Origin: Candidatus Marinacidobacterales bacterium
GTDB lineage: Bacteria > Acidobacteriota > Vicinamibacteria > Marinacidobacterales > DATDRI01
Reading direction: 5' to 3'
DNA: 64,000 nt
Assembly: GCA_965226495.1 (NCBI GenBank)
Contig: OZ245365.1
Coordinates: 1,312,001-1,376,000 of the forward strand
A model generated the notes under the pieces. That model was given only the letters and a program-made list of their open reading frames with translations. It did no database searches and was not told where the DNA came from. The position numbers were made by a program, and so were the translations under genes. Below, one piece after another: positions 1 through 10,230 of this stretch. How positions within the stretch are numbered: the stretch's first letter is position 1; each line of letters begins with the position of its first letter.

Positions 1-134
1 GTCGAAGGCTTCTTCCGTCGTAATCTCGAATTGGGAACGTGTAGACTGCGGCCCAGGGCCAAACCTACTGCCAAGGCTCCCCAAGGCGGCCGCGGGTACT
101 CCTAGCAAACTTGCCTGCATGAAGTCGCGGCGGT

Positions 135-1886
135 TCATGGCGTCGGCCTGCGCCTCTTGCGCTCCTCTTCCGTCCGCTTCGCATCGAGGTTCCCAGTCGT
201 CGCGTCGAACACCGCTCCGTAGTCCCTAAGGGCGGCTTCGGCCGACACGTAACCTCTCGCGACGTCCTGCTCCACGAGCACCGGATCCCGCTCCAACGGA
301 TCGCCGTTGCCCCCGCCCCCGCCAGTCAGCATTCTTATCCGAGCTCCGGGTTTGAGTTTCAATCCCACCGTCTTGAGTAAAACGTCTTCAGGTACACCCT
401 CTTCGGTCGAGACGGTGCAACTGTTGGTTTTGCCAGGTTTTCCGCCAAACAAACCCCATGGCGGGCACTGGTTTCTCTCAAAGAAAATGTTGACCTGAGC
501 TTCTTGGTCGAGGACGCGATGAACCCTCTCATACCCCAGTCCACCGCGATACTTCCCCGGCCCCGCCGAGTCCTGTCGTAGACCGAAGCTCTCCATCACT
601 AGCGGTGACTTGGCCTCGAGAACTTCGACCGGTACGTTCCGCGTGTCGCCGTTCATGAGGGACGTAACGACACTCTCTCCGTCTTCGAACGAGCGTCCAC
701 CCCATCCCCCCTGGATCCCTTCGATGTGGATGAATTTCTTGCCGGTTCTTTCGTCCTCGCCGTAAGCGATGATCGAGGAAACGGCACCGTAGTGGCCGGC
801 AGGGACTCTATCGGGAATCGCTTCGGATAGTGCCTTGTAGGCCAAATCCACGAGGACGACGAGCGGCATCGCGTAGGCGGCTACCGGCGCGGGCTCGATC
901 GCACTCACGAGAGTTCCCGGCGGAATAATCGTCTTGATGGGCCGGAAGTTTCCTTCGTTGACCAAGAGAAAGGGCGCAGTGAGGGAAACCGAGGCCACCC
1001 GAGCGACCGACACCGCGCACGGCGCCCCGCAGTTGATGGGACCCTTGACCATCGGGGGCATCTTGGAGAAATCGAACGTCATTTCATCTCCGGAGACCAG
1101 GATCTTGAGCTTGATCGGTACGTTCTTATCCATCTCGATGCCGTCGTTGTCGAGAAAGGCGCTCGCCTCGTATTCTCCATCGGGGATTTTTTCGATCGCC
1201 GCCCGCGCGATCCGCTCGTTGTGATCCATGAGCCGCTCGACGTAGGCAAAGGTCTCCTCGACGCCCAGCTTGGACAAGATCTCCGAGAAGCGTTTTTCTC
1301 CCGTCCGGCAAGCCGCGACCAAGGCGAAGAGGTCTCCCAAGACGATGTCGGTAAAACGTGTGTTGGTGCGGAAGAAGGAGATAATGTCTTGGTTCACTTC
1401 GCCCGCTTTGAAGAGCTTGAGTGACTTGAAGCGGATGCCTTCCTGGTGAACGTCGGTGGTGTCGAAGAACCAACCTCCCCCAGGGGCCTTCCCCCCTAGG
1501 TCGATGAGGTGGCCTCGTCCGGCCGCAAAGGCGACTAGCTTTCCTTCGAAGAAGATGGGAGAGCAGACGCTCATATCGCCGAGATGGGTTCCGGTGGTGT
1601 AGGGGTCGTTCGTGATGAGCAAGTCACCGGGCTCGATTCCGTCTAGCCCGTACGTCTTGATCCCGTCGGTGATGGAAGCCCCCAGGTTACCGAGGAAGAT
1701 GGGAAGCCCTGAGGCCTGAGCGAGTGTCCGACCTTCGGCGTCGAAGAGCCCGACCGCGAAGTCCAGGACCTCGTAGATCAGCGTACTGTGAGACGTCCGG
1801 ATCAGGTTGAGCTTCATCTCTTCGGCCGCCGCGTTCAGGCTCGAGCGGAGAATCTCTTGAGTGATCGGGTCGGGTTTCTTCGCCAT
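135..1886 (-). CDS. Hydantoinase B/oxoprolinase family protein
   Basis: NDPY..GTHLGD, PVEVLE, DSAGPGKYRGG and TGGGGGNGDPLERDP motifs; directly downstream of an A subunit. Confidence 0.93.
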   Translation of the reverse strand: MAKKPDPITQEILRSSLNAAAEEMKLNLIRTSHSTLIYEVLDFAVGLFDAEGRTLAQASGLPIFLGNLGASITDGIKTYGLDGIEPGDLLITNDPYTTGTHLGDMSVCSPIFFEGKLVAFAAGRGHLIDLGGKAPGGGWFFDTTDVHQEGIRFKSLKLFKAGEVNQDIISFFRTNTRFTDIVLGDLFALVAACRTGEKRFSEILSKLGVEETFAYVERLMDHNERIARAAIEKIPDGEYEASAFLDNDGIEMDKNVPIKLKILVSGDEMTFDFSKMPPMVKGPINCGAPCAVSVARVASVSLTAPFLLVNEGNFRPIKTIIPPGTLVSAIEPAPVAAYAMPLVVLVDLAYKALSEAIPDRVPAGHYGAVSSIIAYGEDERTGKKFIHIEGIQGGWGGRSFEDGESVVTSLMNGDTRNVPVEVLEAKSPLVMESFGLRQDSAGPGKYRGGLGYERVHRVLDQEAQVNIFFERNQCPPWGLFGGKPGKTNSCTVSTEEGVPEDVLLKTVGLKLKPGARIRMLTGGGGGNGDPLERDPVLVEQDVARGYVSAEAALRDYGAVFDATTGNLDAKRTEEERKRRRPTP

Positions 1887-1888
1887 CT

Positions 1889-3943
1889 CTAGGCTCCTAT
1901 CTCGATCACGATATGACCGTGCTCGGTGACGGTGGCCTCGTCACCTTCGTGAAGCACGATGGTCGATGCATATTCCTCTACGATGGCCGGTCCGGTGAAT
2001 CTGTTACCCGCTCGCAGCTCGGAGCGGAGATAGATGGGACACTCGACCCAATCTGCGCCGTCTTCCAGCAGGACCTTGCGAGCTCCAGCCATCGCCTCCC
2101 GGCGCACGGTCTTTTTTCCAGCTTCCAATTTTGGGAATTGTGGGCGTTCCACCGTGCCGACCACGGTAACGCGGAGGTTTACGATCTGCGCCGGGGAGTC
2201 CGGCTCCGAGACCCCGTAATGCGTCTGGTGGAGCTGGTCGAAGCTTGCTTTGATTGGAGGTTTCAGGTCTTCGCTGAATTGTTTTGAAGGAATGGGAACC
2301 GAGACGCTGTGTTCCTGGCCCACGTACCTCATGTCCATGAATCGAAGCACCGACACCGATCGGTCGGCCACGCCGTCGGCGGTCAAGTGTTCTTTCCCTT
2401 CGGACTCCATGGAGGCGAACACGCGCTCGACTTCAGACGGTTCTGCTACCGCGAAGTCCACCGCGAGCGTTCGTACGTAGTCGTGCTTCAAGTCTGTGAG
2501 GAGCATGGCGAGTGCGGAGAAATTGCCCGGATAGAGAGGGACGATGACTTTGGGGATCTCGAGCTCCCGCGCCAGCGCGATGGCGTGGACCGGGCCGGCG
2601 CCTCCGAAGGCGACCAGGACAAAATCTCTGGGATCGTGTCCTCGCTCGACCGTGACGGCCCTCAACGCATGAAGCATGTTGGTGTTCACGATCTTGAGGA
2701 TGCCGAGTGCCATCTCCGAGGAAGTGAAATCAAACCGAGCTGCGACCTGCGAGATCGCCTTTTCTGCTGCCTCAGGGTTGAGCGGCATCTCTCCGCCGAG
2801 AAAGTTCTTGGGGTTGAGCCGGCCAGTGAGGAGATTGGCATCGGTCACCGTCGGTTCGAGGCCGCCCCACCCATAGCAAGCCGGTCCGGGATCGGAGCCC
2901 GCACTTCGGGGCCCTACCATGAGAGCTCCCGCGTCATCGATCCAAGCGAGGCTTCCACCACCCGCTCCCACTTCCACGAGATCCGTAACCGGCATGACGA
3001 TGGGGTGTCCCTTCTTACCCCCCACGCGGTATTGGTTGGTGACTTGGGCCCGGCCGTCCTCGATGAGGCAAGCCTTGGCGGTCGTGCCTCCCATATCGAA
3101 GGAGATCACGTTGCGGTGGCCGAGAAGCTCTCCGATTCTGATGGCGCCGACGACGCCCCCGGCGGGACCGGACTCCATCAGCGTCACCGGTTTCTGAGTG
3201 GCGAGCTCCGGGCTCATGACGCCACCATTCGACTGCATGATTAGCAAAGAGCCCCGAAAGTCCTTCCTTCGAATCTCTGTTTCCAGATCCCGAAGGTACT
3301 TGGTCACGCGAGGCGCGACATACGCGTTGACACACGTCGTGCTCGTTCGCTCGTACTCCCTGTATTCCCTCAACACTTCATGCGAGAGCGTGACGGGGAT
3401 GTCGGGGCAGATCTTCCTGGCGATCTCCCCCAGCTTTTTCTCGTGTTCGGGGTTCACGTAGGAATTGATGAGGCACACCGCTAGGGAAGCGACACCCCGC
3501 CGTTTGAGCTCTTCCATGACGGACGCCGCCTCATCCCGGTCGAGCGCTTCGAGGATGTCACCCGAGGATCGGATGCGCTCCGTTACTTCGAAGCGGAGCT
3601 CCCGAGGAACGAGCGGCTTGGGTTTGTTGTAGAGGCAGTCGTACATATCAAGCCGATTCGCCCGGCCGATCTCGTAGACATCGCGGAAACCCTTGGTGGT
3701 GAGAAGAGCGGTCTTGGCTCCCTTGAGCTCGAGGAGAGTATTGATGGCGATGGTCGTACCGTGGATCAGGTACTGTGTGTCGGAGAGATCGTGCTCGACC
3801 TTCTCGACGCACTCGCGAATTGCCCTTTCGGGTGCGTCCGGGGTGCTCGAGACTTTGGTGAGCGTGAGTCGGCCGGTACCTTCTTCCAGGGCGACGAAAT
3901 CGGTGAAGGTGCCCCCGATATCGGTGGCCACTCGGTCACGCAT
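1889..3943 (-). CDS. Hydantoinase A/oxoprolinase family protein
   Basis: DIGGTFTD, EYREYERTSTT, SGPAGG, DMGGTT and GAGGGS motifs; start placed at MRDRV (3943) just after a TATAAT. Confidence 0.93.
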   Translation of the reverse strand: MRDRVATDIGGTFTDFVALEEGTGRLTLTKVSSTPDAPERAIRECVEKVEHDLSDTQYLIHGTTIAINTLLELKGAKTALLTTKGFRDVYEIGRANRLDMYDCLYNKPKPLVPRELRFEVTERIRSSGDILEALDRDEAASVMEELKRRGVASLAVCLINSYVNPEHEKKLGEIARKICPDIPVTLSHEVLREYREYERTSTTCVNAYVAPRVTKYLRDLETEIRRKDFRGSLLIMQSNGGVMSPELATQKPVTLMESGPAGGVVGAIRIGELLGHRNVISFDMGGTTAKACLIEDGRAQVTNQYRVGGKKGHPIVMPVTDLVEVGAGGGSLAWIDDAGALMVGPRSAGSDPGPACYGWGGLEPTVTDANLLTGRLNPKNFLGGEMPLNPEAAEKAISQVAARFDFTSSEMALGILKIVNTNMLHALRAVTVERGHDPRDFVLVAFGGAGPVHAIALARELEIPKVIVPLYPGNFSALAMLLTDLKHDYVRTLAVDFAVAEPSEVERVFASMESEGKEHLTADGVADRSVSVLRFMDMRYVGQEHSVSVPIPSKQFSEDLKPPIKASFDQLHQTHYGVSEPDSPAQIVNLRVTVVGTVERPQFPKLEAGKKTVRREAMAGARKVLLEDGADWVECPIYLRSELRAGNRFTGPAIVEEYASTIVLHEGDEATVTEHGHIVIEIGA

Positions 3944-4121
3944 TGCGGAGGCATTATAGTCCTCATCTGTCATTCAGACGAGGCGGGCAATCAGACGAGG
4001 CGGGACTGAGGAAACTCGGTTCGGATTTCCTCATCCCGAGAGCCGCGTTTAAACTCGGGTGCAGCAATGCCTCAGATTAACAAACTGGACCAACGACCGG
4101 GATTCATGTGAGGGGGAAGGT

Positions 4122-5429
4122 TTGAAGCGCATATGGGTGAGCCTCTTTTCCATTGCGGGGCCGGCGGCCGTGATGGCAGCCGGTTCTATGGGGACTGGAT
4201 CCACGGCCTCTTTGGTCCTCGCCGGTGCCTGGTTCCAGTATTCCCTCGGCTGGGTGATATTGCTGGTGATCCCTCCCTTCGTCGTAGCTCTAGATTCAGC
4301 CTCTCGGATCGGAATCTGTGGGGCCAAGGGGATGATGTCGCTGATTTCGGAACGACTCCATCCGGGAGTCTCCTGGATCATTTTGGTGATCATGACCCTG
4401 GTTCACATCCTGGTGGCGATGGGACAGATTTCAGTCATGTCAGCCGCCCTCCTAAGTGCAATTGGAATCGATCCGCCTTCAGGAGGCGCTCCTGACCCTA
4501 GTTATCGCATGGCGGAAGTCCTTTGCATCGCCTTGGTCTCGTTTTCTCTTTTGGCGCTGCTTCTCAGAGGCGGGTATCCACGCGTGCAAAAGATGCTGAC
4601 CGGACTCCTTCTGTTGATGCTGGCCTGCTTTCTGGTGGTGGCCTTTCGGGGTTTTAGCGACATCTTGCTCATCTTGCGAGGCCTGATTCCATCGATTCCC
4701 GAGGCCCTGCCCGTTCCGGGTAGCTCGGTGGCGAGGAGTGCCGGTGTATCCATCATCGCGATCGCCGGAGGAGTGTTGGCCCCCGCAAGTCTTCTCGGCA
4801 TGTCGTATCTGACGAAGGACAGCCAATCTTCGGTCTCTCAGTTCGGGCGAAACTTGTGGATGGCCATCATTAACCTCGGACTCATCTTCGGTTGTTACTC
4901 TCTCTTTGTACTCATCGCGGGCGGGTATGCTCTCTACCCTCTTTCAGAGAACGCAGCCATCGAACAGATCCATCAGGCCGGTCAGGTTCTAACGCGGGCG
5001 TTGCCCGGAAACATTTCCTTCCTGGCCCCTCGCATCTTTGCGCTGGGTCTCTTTGTCTGCGGCCTGACCACCTTGGTCGTGATCGCTCAAGTGATGGCCT
5101 ATCTAACTCTGGATGTGCTGGGAAAAAACTGGAGGCACACACAAGACAATCGGCTCTTCTCGGGTCTACTGGCCGCTTGGATCGTGGTTCCTTCTATTTT
5201 GGCTCCTTTTTGGGATTTCCCCGCGCTTCTCAAGGTGCTTTTGATCATGGGAGTCAATGTGGTGGTGGCACCTTTGGCTCTCGCCATCATCCTCTACCTG
5301 ATCAACTCGTCGACCCTGATGGGCGCGCACCGGGCGGGTTGGGTGCGAAATCTTTTTCTCGTGGCGGGTCTACTGCTGGGTCTGGTGCTGGCAGCTATCC
5401 GGTTGCCGGGTTATCTAGCGTCTCTTTAA
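4122..5429 (+). CDS. NRAMP-like (YcsG/MntH-related) transporter
   Basis: About 11 hydrophobic segments; GPAAVMAAGSMGTGS N-terminus lacks canonical DPGN; INSSTLMG C-terminal motif; TTG start after AGGGGG. Confidence 0.75.
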   Translation: MKRIWVSLFSIAGPAAVMAAGSMGTGSTASLVLAGAWFQYSLGWVILLVIPPFVVALDSASRIGICGAKGMMSLISERLHPGVSWIILVIMTLVHILVAMGQISVMSAALLSAIGIDPPSGGAPDPSYRMAEVLCIALVSFSLLALLLRGGYPRVQKMLTGLLLLMLACFLVVAFRGFSDILLILRGLIPSIPEALPVPGSSVARSAGVSIIAIAGGVLAPASLLGMSYLTKDSQSSVSQFGRNLWMAIINLGLIFGCYSLFVLIAGGYALYPLSENAAIEQIHQAGQVLTRALPGNISFLAPRIFALGLFVCGLTTLVVIAQVMAYLTLDVLGKNWRHTQDNRLFSGLLAAWIVVPSILAPFWDFPALLKVLLIMGVNVVVAPLALAIILYLINSSTLMGAHRAGWVRNLFLVAGLLLGLVLAAIRLPGYLASL

Positions 5430-5458
5430 AAAAGTCTGCCGGCAGAGGAAGGATGGCC

Positions 5459-7723
5459 TCAGTGCTGCAGTGGCTCAGATGGCCAACGGGTAATCTTCAA
5501 GTCATGCAGTGGTCCTTGATCGCGTTCTTCGACGTCCATGGCGTGCCGGCGGCCGCAGGACGGACACAAATACTCCACTAATTTCAGCGTCTCGTGCACG
5601 TTGATACCGGCGGGCCGTTCGTCCGCCTCGAGACAATGACGTGCTGCCCGCGCCTTCCAGTTTTCAGAGGCAGCACCGAACCGATAGCCGCAACAGCACG
5701 CAAAATACATCGGTCCGCCATCGTCGCGTGCAAGCACGAGTCCGGACCCGAATCGCGCCAGCACCTGGTCCGCTTCTTCTCGCGTTACCTCGTCCCGATG
5801 CGGCGACTCTGCCCGGTCCAGTCGCGCGCGGCGCATCGTCTCCCGCCGGGTCTTGGTTGCCGCCGCCGGCTCACCGGGTACGACACCGTACGCCTCTTTG
5901 GCGCGCGCGGTCGAGATAATTCCCAACTCCACGTCCTGGGTGACCAGCTCGGGTTCCCGTTCCAGGGGATCTCCGTAGCCGCCGCCACCCTGCCAGGTGT
6001 ATTGCACGACATCCCCGGGAAAGATCGGCAGCTCGTCCTGTTTCGCCTGGAGTACCTGGACCTCGCCGCCAAGGGCCTCGAGGTCGAGGGGCGCAGAAAT
6101 CTGCTCTAGCTGGAGTGGCAACTTGCCTTCGGCCCACCGGGCCCGCACCTCGGTCCGGTGCACGATCATGGCAGCGCTGCAGACACCTGGCCAGCCGCCA
6201 AACTGCCCGAACGACACCGGCACCTCGACGCCGTGGGAGGTCAGCGAGCTGCGCAGCCGTTCCACCCCATGCGGTGTCCAGGCCGTGCCCGCGGCCCGTC
6301 CACCACGATGCTCCCCGTCACCTCCTGTATCTGGGAAAAAGGAGCGATAGAGAAACAGCATCGGTCCATGTACTTCGTTGCCCTCGATGTTGGCGATGTG
6401 CGGTTTCGGCGACACGAAGCAGCCGGATTGATCGATACCGTCCACGAGAGCCGTCGCACCGCCTCCACCGATCTGCGCGTCGATGAGCTGATTTCCGAAC
6501 GGCTCGCCATGTTGATTTCGATCGCCGGTGAAAAAGGCGGCCATCGTGCCATGGGTGACCGCTTGCGAATGAACGCATTCGTCTTTCGATAGGGCAAGCA
6601 ATTTTGAAATGGCATGGGCGGTGGTGGATGTGATGACCCAACCCTGACCAATGGTTGCGGCGCCGGTCGCGGCAGGTGGATTCGCATTGCAGATCAATCC
6701 CTTGGGGGCGATGACCTCGATCGCATTCAGGATGCCATGATTCCAGGGAATACCAGCCCCGAGGAGCGGTGCCACACCACCAAAAATCGCCCCGACCAGG
6801 CACCCCTCGGTGCAATTGATGTAACCGGGCGCCTGGGGGGAGGACTCCGACATATCGATCCGCAGCCGATCGCCGTCCTTGATGATACGCACGTCGGTTC
6901 GGTAGACATGATTGTTTGTGCCGTCATGGTCCAGGAATCCCCGCGTGCGCACTTCACCGTCGGGTAACGCTCGCACCCGTTCGCGCATCCGCCGTTCCGA
7001 GTAGCGGATCGATTCGTTCATCACCGTGAGGACGGTATCGACGCTGTAGCGTTTCATGAGCTCGCCGAGTCGTTCACGGGCCACCACGTTGGAGGCGATG
7101 AAGCCGCGGAGATCCAGCGCAATCATTTGCGGTTGGCGCGTCATATTGAGAATCAACCGCCAGACGTCACGACGAAGCTTGCCCCGGTCGATGAGCTTTA
7201 TTGGGGGCATCATCAGACCTTCTTGTTGCTTTTCCCGTGCGCGCACCGAGACCGAGCCGACGGTCATGCCACCCATGTCCACCTGATGCGCGGTGACTCC
7301 CGCCCAAGAGACGAGCCGTCCATCGAAAAAGATGGGTGCCATCAGCGTCACATCAGGATGGTGCACCGCACCCCGATAAGGATCGTTGACGATGAACATG
7401 TCGCCATCGGCAATGTCTTCGTCCGGAAAGTCTTCGCGAATATTTCGCAAGATGATAGGCATGGCACCGGAATGAAAAACGACCTGCGGACCCATCGATG
7501 CCAGACGGCCGTCGGGTGTGAAGAGGGCATTGTTGAAGTCCCCGGCTTCAGCCACGATCGGCGATACCGACACTTCTTTGAGAGCCAATCCTTGTTCGGC
7601 GTTGGTTGCTTCGAGCTTGTGCCGGATGATTTCAAAGGTTACCGGATCGACGCTCAACGGTCGTTCCAGCTCTTGCCAGTCGGCAACGCTCGGTCCCAGT
7701 ACGAAGTCGCTAGGGTCTGTCAT
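5459..7723 (-). CDS. Hydantoinase B/oxoprolinase fused to a C-terminal acetone-carboxylase-gamma-like Zn domain
   Basis: NDPYRGAVHHPD and GGGGYGDPLERE, followed by ~100 aa with CCCG..ENWK and EYLCPSCG. Confidence 0.85.
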   Translation of the reverse strand: MTDPSDFVLGPSVADWQELERPLSVDPVTFEIIRHKLEATNAEQGLALKEVSVSPIVAEAGDFNNALFTPDGRLASMGPQVVFHSGAMPIILRNIREDFPDEDIADGDMFIVNDPYRGAVHHPDVTLMAPIFFDGRLVSWAGVTAHQVDMGGMTVGSVSVRAREKQQEGLMMPPIKLIDRGKLRRDVWRLILNMTRQPQMIALDLRGFIASNVVARERLGELMKRYSVDTVLTVMNESIRYSERRMRERVRALPDGEVRTRGFLDHDGTNNHVYRTDVRIIKDGDRLRIDMSESSPQAPGYINCTEGCLVGAIFGGVAPLLGAGIPWNHGILNAIEVIAPKGLICNANPPAATGAATIGQGWVITSTTAHAISKLLALSKDECVHSQAVTHGTMAAFFTGDRNQHGEPFGNQLIDAQIGGGGATALVDGIDQSGCFVSPKPHIANIEGNEVHGPMLFLYRSFFPDTGGDGEHRGGRAAGTAWTPHGVERLRSSLTSHGVEVPVSFGQFGGWPGVCSAAMIVHRTEVRARWAEGKLPLQLEQISAPLDLEALGGEVQVLQAKQDELPIFPGDVVQYTWQGGGGYGDPLEREPELVTQDVELGIISTARAKEAYGVVPGEPAAATKTRRETMRRARLDRAESPHRDEVTREEADQVLARFGSGLVLARDDGGPMYFACCCGYRFGAASENWKARAARHCLEADERPAGINVHETLKLVEYLCPSCGRRHAMDVEERDQGPLHDLKITRWPSEPLQH

Positions 7724-9825
7724 TTCGAAGGTGAACTCGCGGAGTCGACTTTCCGAATCGAGATGCCGAGCAGCTCATCCACGCTCGCAGTCTGTCCGGA
7801 TAGCAGCGCGAGCGTGGTGCCATCGTATTCAATGATGGCTGGCCCGGTGAGGCCATTGCCGGGCCGAAGATCGGGACCAGAGTAAACCGCCGTCTCGACG
7901 AAGGCCTGTCGGCCTGCATCATAGGCGCGGCGCGTACCGCAGCGGGCACCTTCTGCTTGCTCGCCGTCACCCTCAATCGGATAACGGGCGAGCGCCGGTC
8001 GCGGCAACGAACCGACGGCTTCAACCACAAAGGTCACCAACTCGAACCCGGCGGTCTCCGGCACCGACTCCTCACCGTACCTGCGGGCATAGGCAGCCAA
8101 GAAATCATCCAGCAACTTACCAACGGTCCCGGAGAACCCGACGGAGACGGTTTTCAGCTGGCGGATGAAACGCACTTCGACCAGCCGCCGCAGCTTCCGG
8201 CCCGCAGGAGGGACGCCCTGCATTTCGAGGGCATTGTTGGCGCGATCTTCCAAGCCTTGGAAGATCTTTTCGAGCTTGTCAGGATCCACATCGGTTCCGT
8301 GAGCCTTACGGGAAAGCCGCATGGGTACCGCCAACTCCGCTGCGAGAGCGACGTCAGACGCTACTGCACCCACCGCGCAGAAAACAGATTGGTTTGAGGG
8401 CACGTAGATCTCGTCGACGACATCGAGTGCAAACGCCGGCGCATGGGTTCCCCCGGCCCCGCCAAAGGCATAGAGAACGAAGTCTCGTGGATCGTAACCC
8501 TGCTCGACGGTCACCGTTCTCAGAAGGTCTGCCATCCGAGTATCCACGATGCGTTTGATTCCGGCTGCCGCCTCGTCAATGCTGATGTTGAGTGGTGTGG
8601 CCACATGGGTATGAATGGCCTGTCGGGCGAGCTCGACATCAATGTCAAGCTTACCTCCGAGGAATCGTTCGGGATCGATAATGCCCAACACCACGTCGGC
8701 ATCCGTAACGGTCGGCTGCTGCCCTCCACGACCGTAGCACGCCGGTCCCGGGTCCGCGCCGGCGCTCTCGGGACCCACTCGAAGATACCCACCGTCCTCG
8801 ACGCGTGCTATCGAGCCCCCTCCCGCACCTATGACGCGGACGTCAACCATTGGCAACAGTAGATGGTACTTTTCGGCGACGGTGTCCCGTCGTTGCAACG
8901 CCTCGCCCTGATCGATCAAGGCGACATCGGTGGATGTGCCACCCATGTCGAAAGTAATCACATTCGATTGCCCGCGGTCTGCGCCCAGAAAGCGGGCCGC
9001 GGTGACGCCGCCCGACGGCCCAGATAGAAGCAGCCGCACCGGAGCACGACCCGCTTCGGCTGGCGTCATCACCCCGCCGGAAGAGTCCAAGAGGAACAGG
9101 CGCTTGGTGCCGAGGTGATCCTGGAGCACGTCCGTATAGCGACGCACCATGGGGCCGAGATAGGCATTGACCACGGTGGTCGCGGTGCGCTCATACTCGC
9201 CGAGCCGGGGCACGAGCTCATGGGATACCGAAACATAGAGCTCCGGTAGCTCTTCGGCGAGGATTTGCGCGGTCCGCGCTTCGTGCGCGGGATTCTTGAA
9301 AGACCAGAGATAGACCACCGCAACCGATTCGACCTCTAGTTCGCGGATTTTGGCCGCGGCCGTGCGTACATCTTCTTCCACCAGTGGACCAATCACATCG
9401 CCGGCATAGTCCACACGCTCGCGAATCCCGAAAATGCGCGAGCGAGGAACCAGGGGTTCTGGCACCTTCCGCTTGGAATAGTCGGTCAGCTCGGAGGTCG
9501 ACAATCCAGCCGTCATGCCTTGCATACGCTGCATGATGATGGTGTCTTCGAAACCCCGCGTCGTGATTAGTGCCACCTTGGCACCGCGACGTTCGATGTA
9601 GGCGTTGGTGGCTGCGGTCGTTCCGTGAGCGATTCGGTCCAGGCTCGCCAGCATGGTATCGGGATCTAACCCTTCAAGGACCGCGGCTTCCGTGAGGCCG
9701 ACCATCAAACCATCCAGAAGCCGGCCGGGTGTCGTGGGCGCTTTGGTCGCACGGAGGGAGCCATCGTCGCGCATGACCACGACGTCGGTAAACGTACCGC
9801 CAATATCGATTCCAACTGCCGTCAT
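7720..9825 (-). CDS. Hydantoinase A/oxoprolinase family protein
   Basis: DIGGTFTD, EYERTATT, SGPSGG and DMGGTSTD; 4 bp overlap with the B subunit. Confidence 0.93.
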   Translation of the reverse strand: MTAVGIDIGGTFTDVVVMRDDGSLRATKAPTTPGRLLDGLMVGLTEAAVLEGLDPDTMLASLDRIAHGTTAATNAYIERRGAKVALITTRGFEDTIIMQRMQGMTAGLSTSELTDYSKRKVPEPLVPRSRIFGIRERVDYAGDVIGPLVEEDVRTAAAKIRELEVESVAVVYLWSFKNPAHEARTAQILAEELPELYVSVSHELVPRLGEYERTATTVVNAYLGPMVRRYTDVLQDHLGTKRLFLLDSSGGVMTPAEAGRAPVRLLLSGPSGGVTAARFLGADRGQSNVITFDMGGTSTDVALIDQGEALQRRDTVAEKYHLLLPMVDVRVIGAGGGSIARVEDGGYLRVGPESAGADPGPACYGRGGQQPTVTDADVVLGIIDPERFLGGKLDIDVELARQAIHTHVATPLNISIDEAAAGIKRIVDTRMADLLRTVTVEQGYDPRDFVLYAFGGAGGTHAPAFALDVVDEIYVPSNQSVFCAVGAVASDVALAAELAVPMRLSRKAHGTDVDPDKLEKIFQGLEDRANNALEMQGVPPAGRKLRRLVEVRFIRQLKTVSVGFSGTVGKLLDDFLAAYARRYGEESVPETAGFELVTFVVEAVGSLPRPALARYPIEGDGEQAEGARCGTRRAYDAGRQAFVETAVYSGPDLRPGNGLTGPAIIEYDGTTLALLSGQTASVDELLGISIRKVDSASSPSK

Positions 9826-9955
9826 GGAGGGGCATTATAGCCCTGGAGGCGAGGGCGACGAAAAGCGTCGCATGCTTGACCGGTGACCGGCGGTCGGCCG
9901 GGAGGATGTCTATCCTATGGGTCGGCAGTTCTTGCTGGGAGGACTCGGGGACCGC

Positions 9956-10207
9956 TCACCCGCGATCTCGAGCGATATCATCGCTCCATTCCTGCCGGAG
10001 CTGCTCGTCGATCCTTTCTCCGTAAACCAGACCTGGGTCGTTCACGATGCCCGCCCATGGAATAGTACGGGAGTGCTCCGCCGTTGCGACAAGTTTCTCC
10101 GTGATAAGCTGGTGAATCACTTCGGAGAACGACACCTCCCGGCGCTGAGCCTCGCGCTCGACGAGCTTCGCTAACTCATCGGAGAGTGTGATCGTTTCGC
10201 GTTTCAT
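9956..10207 (-). CDS. CopG/RHH family antitoxin-like protein (orphan)
   Basis: MKRETITLSDELAKLVEREAQRREVSFSEVI fits the ribbon-helix-helix pattern; 83 aa. Confidence 0.7.
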   Translation of the reverse strand: MKRETITLSDELAKLVEREAQRREVSFSEVIHQLITEKLVATAEHSRTIPWAGIVNDPGLVYGERIDEQLRQEWSDDIARDRG

Positions 10208-10230
10208 CTACATACCTCATCTTGGGATAA

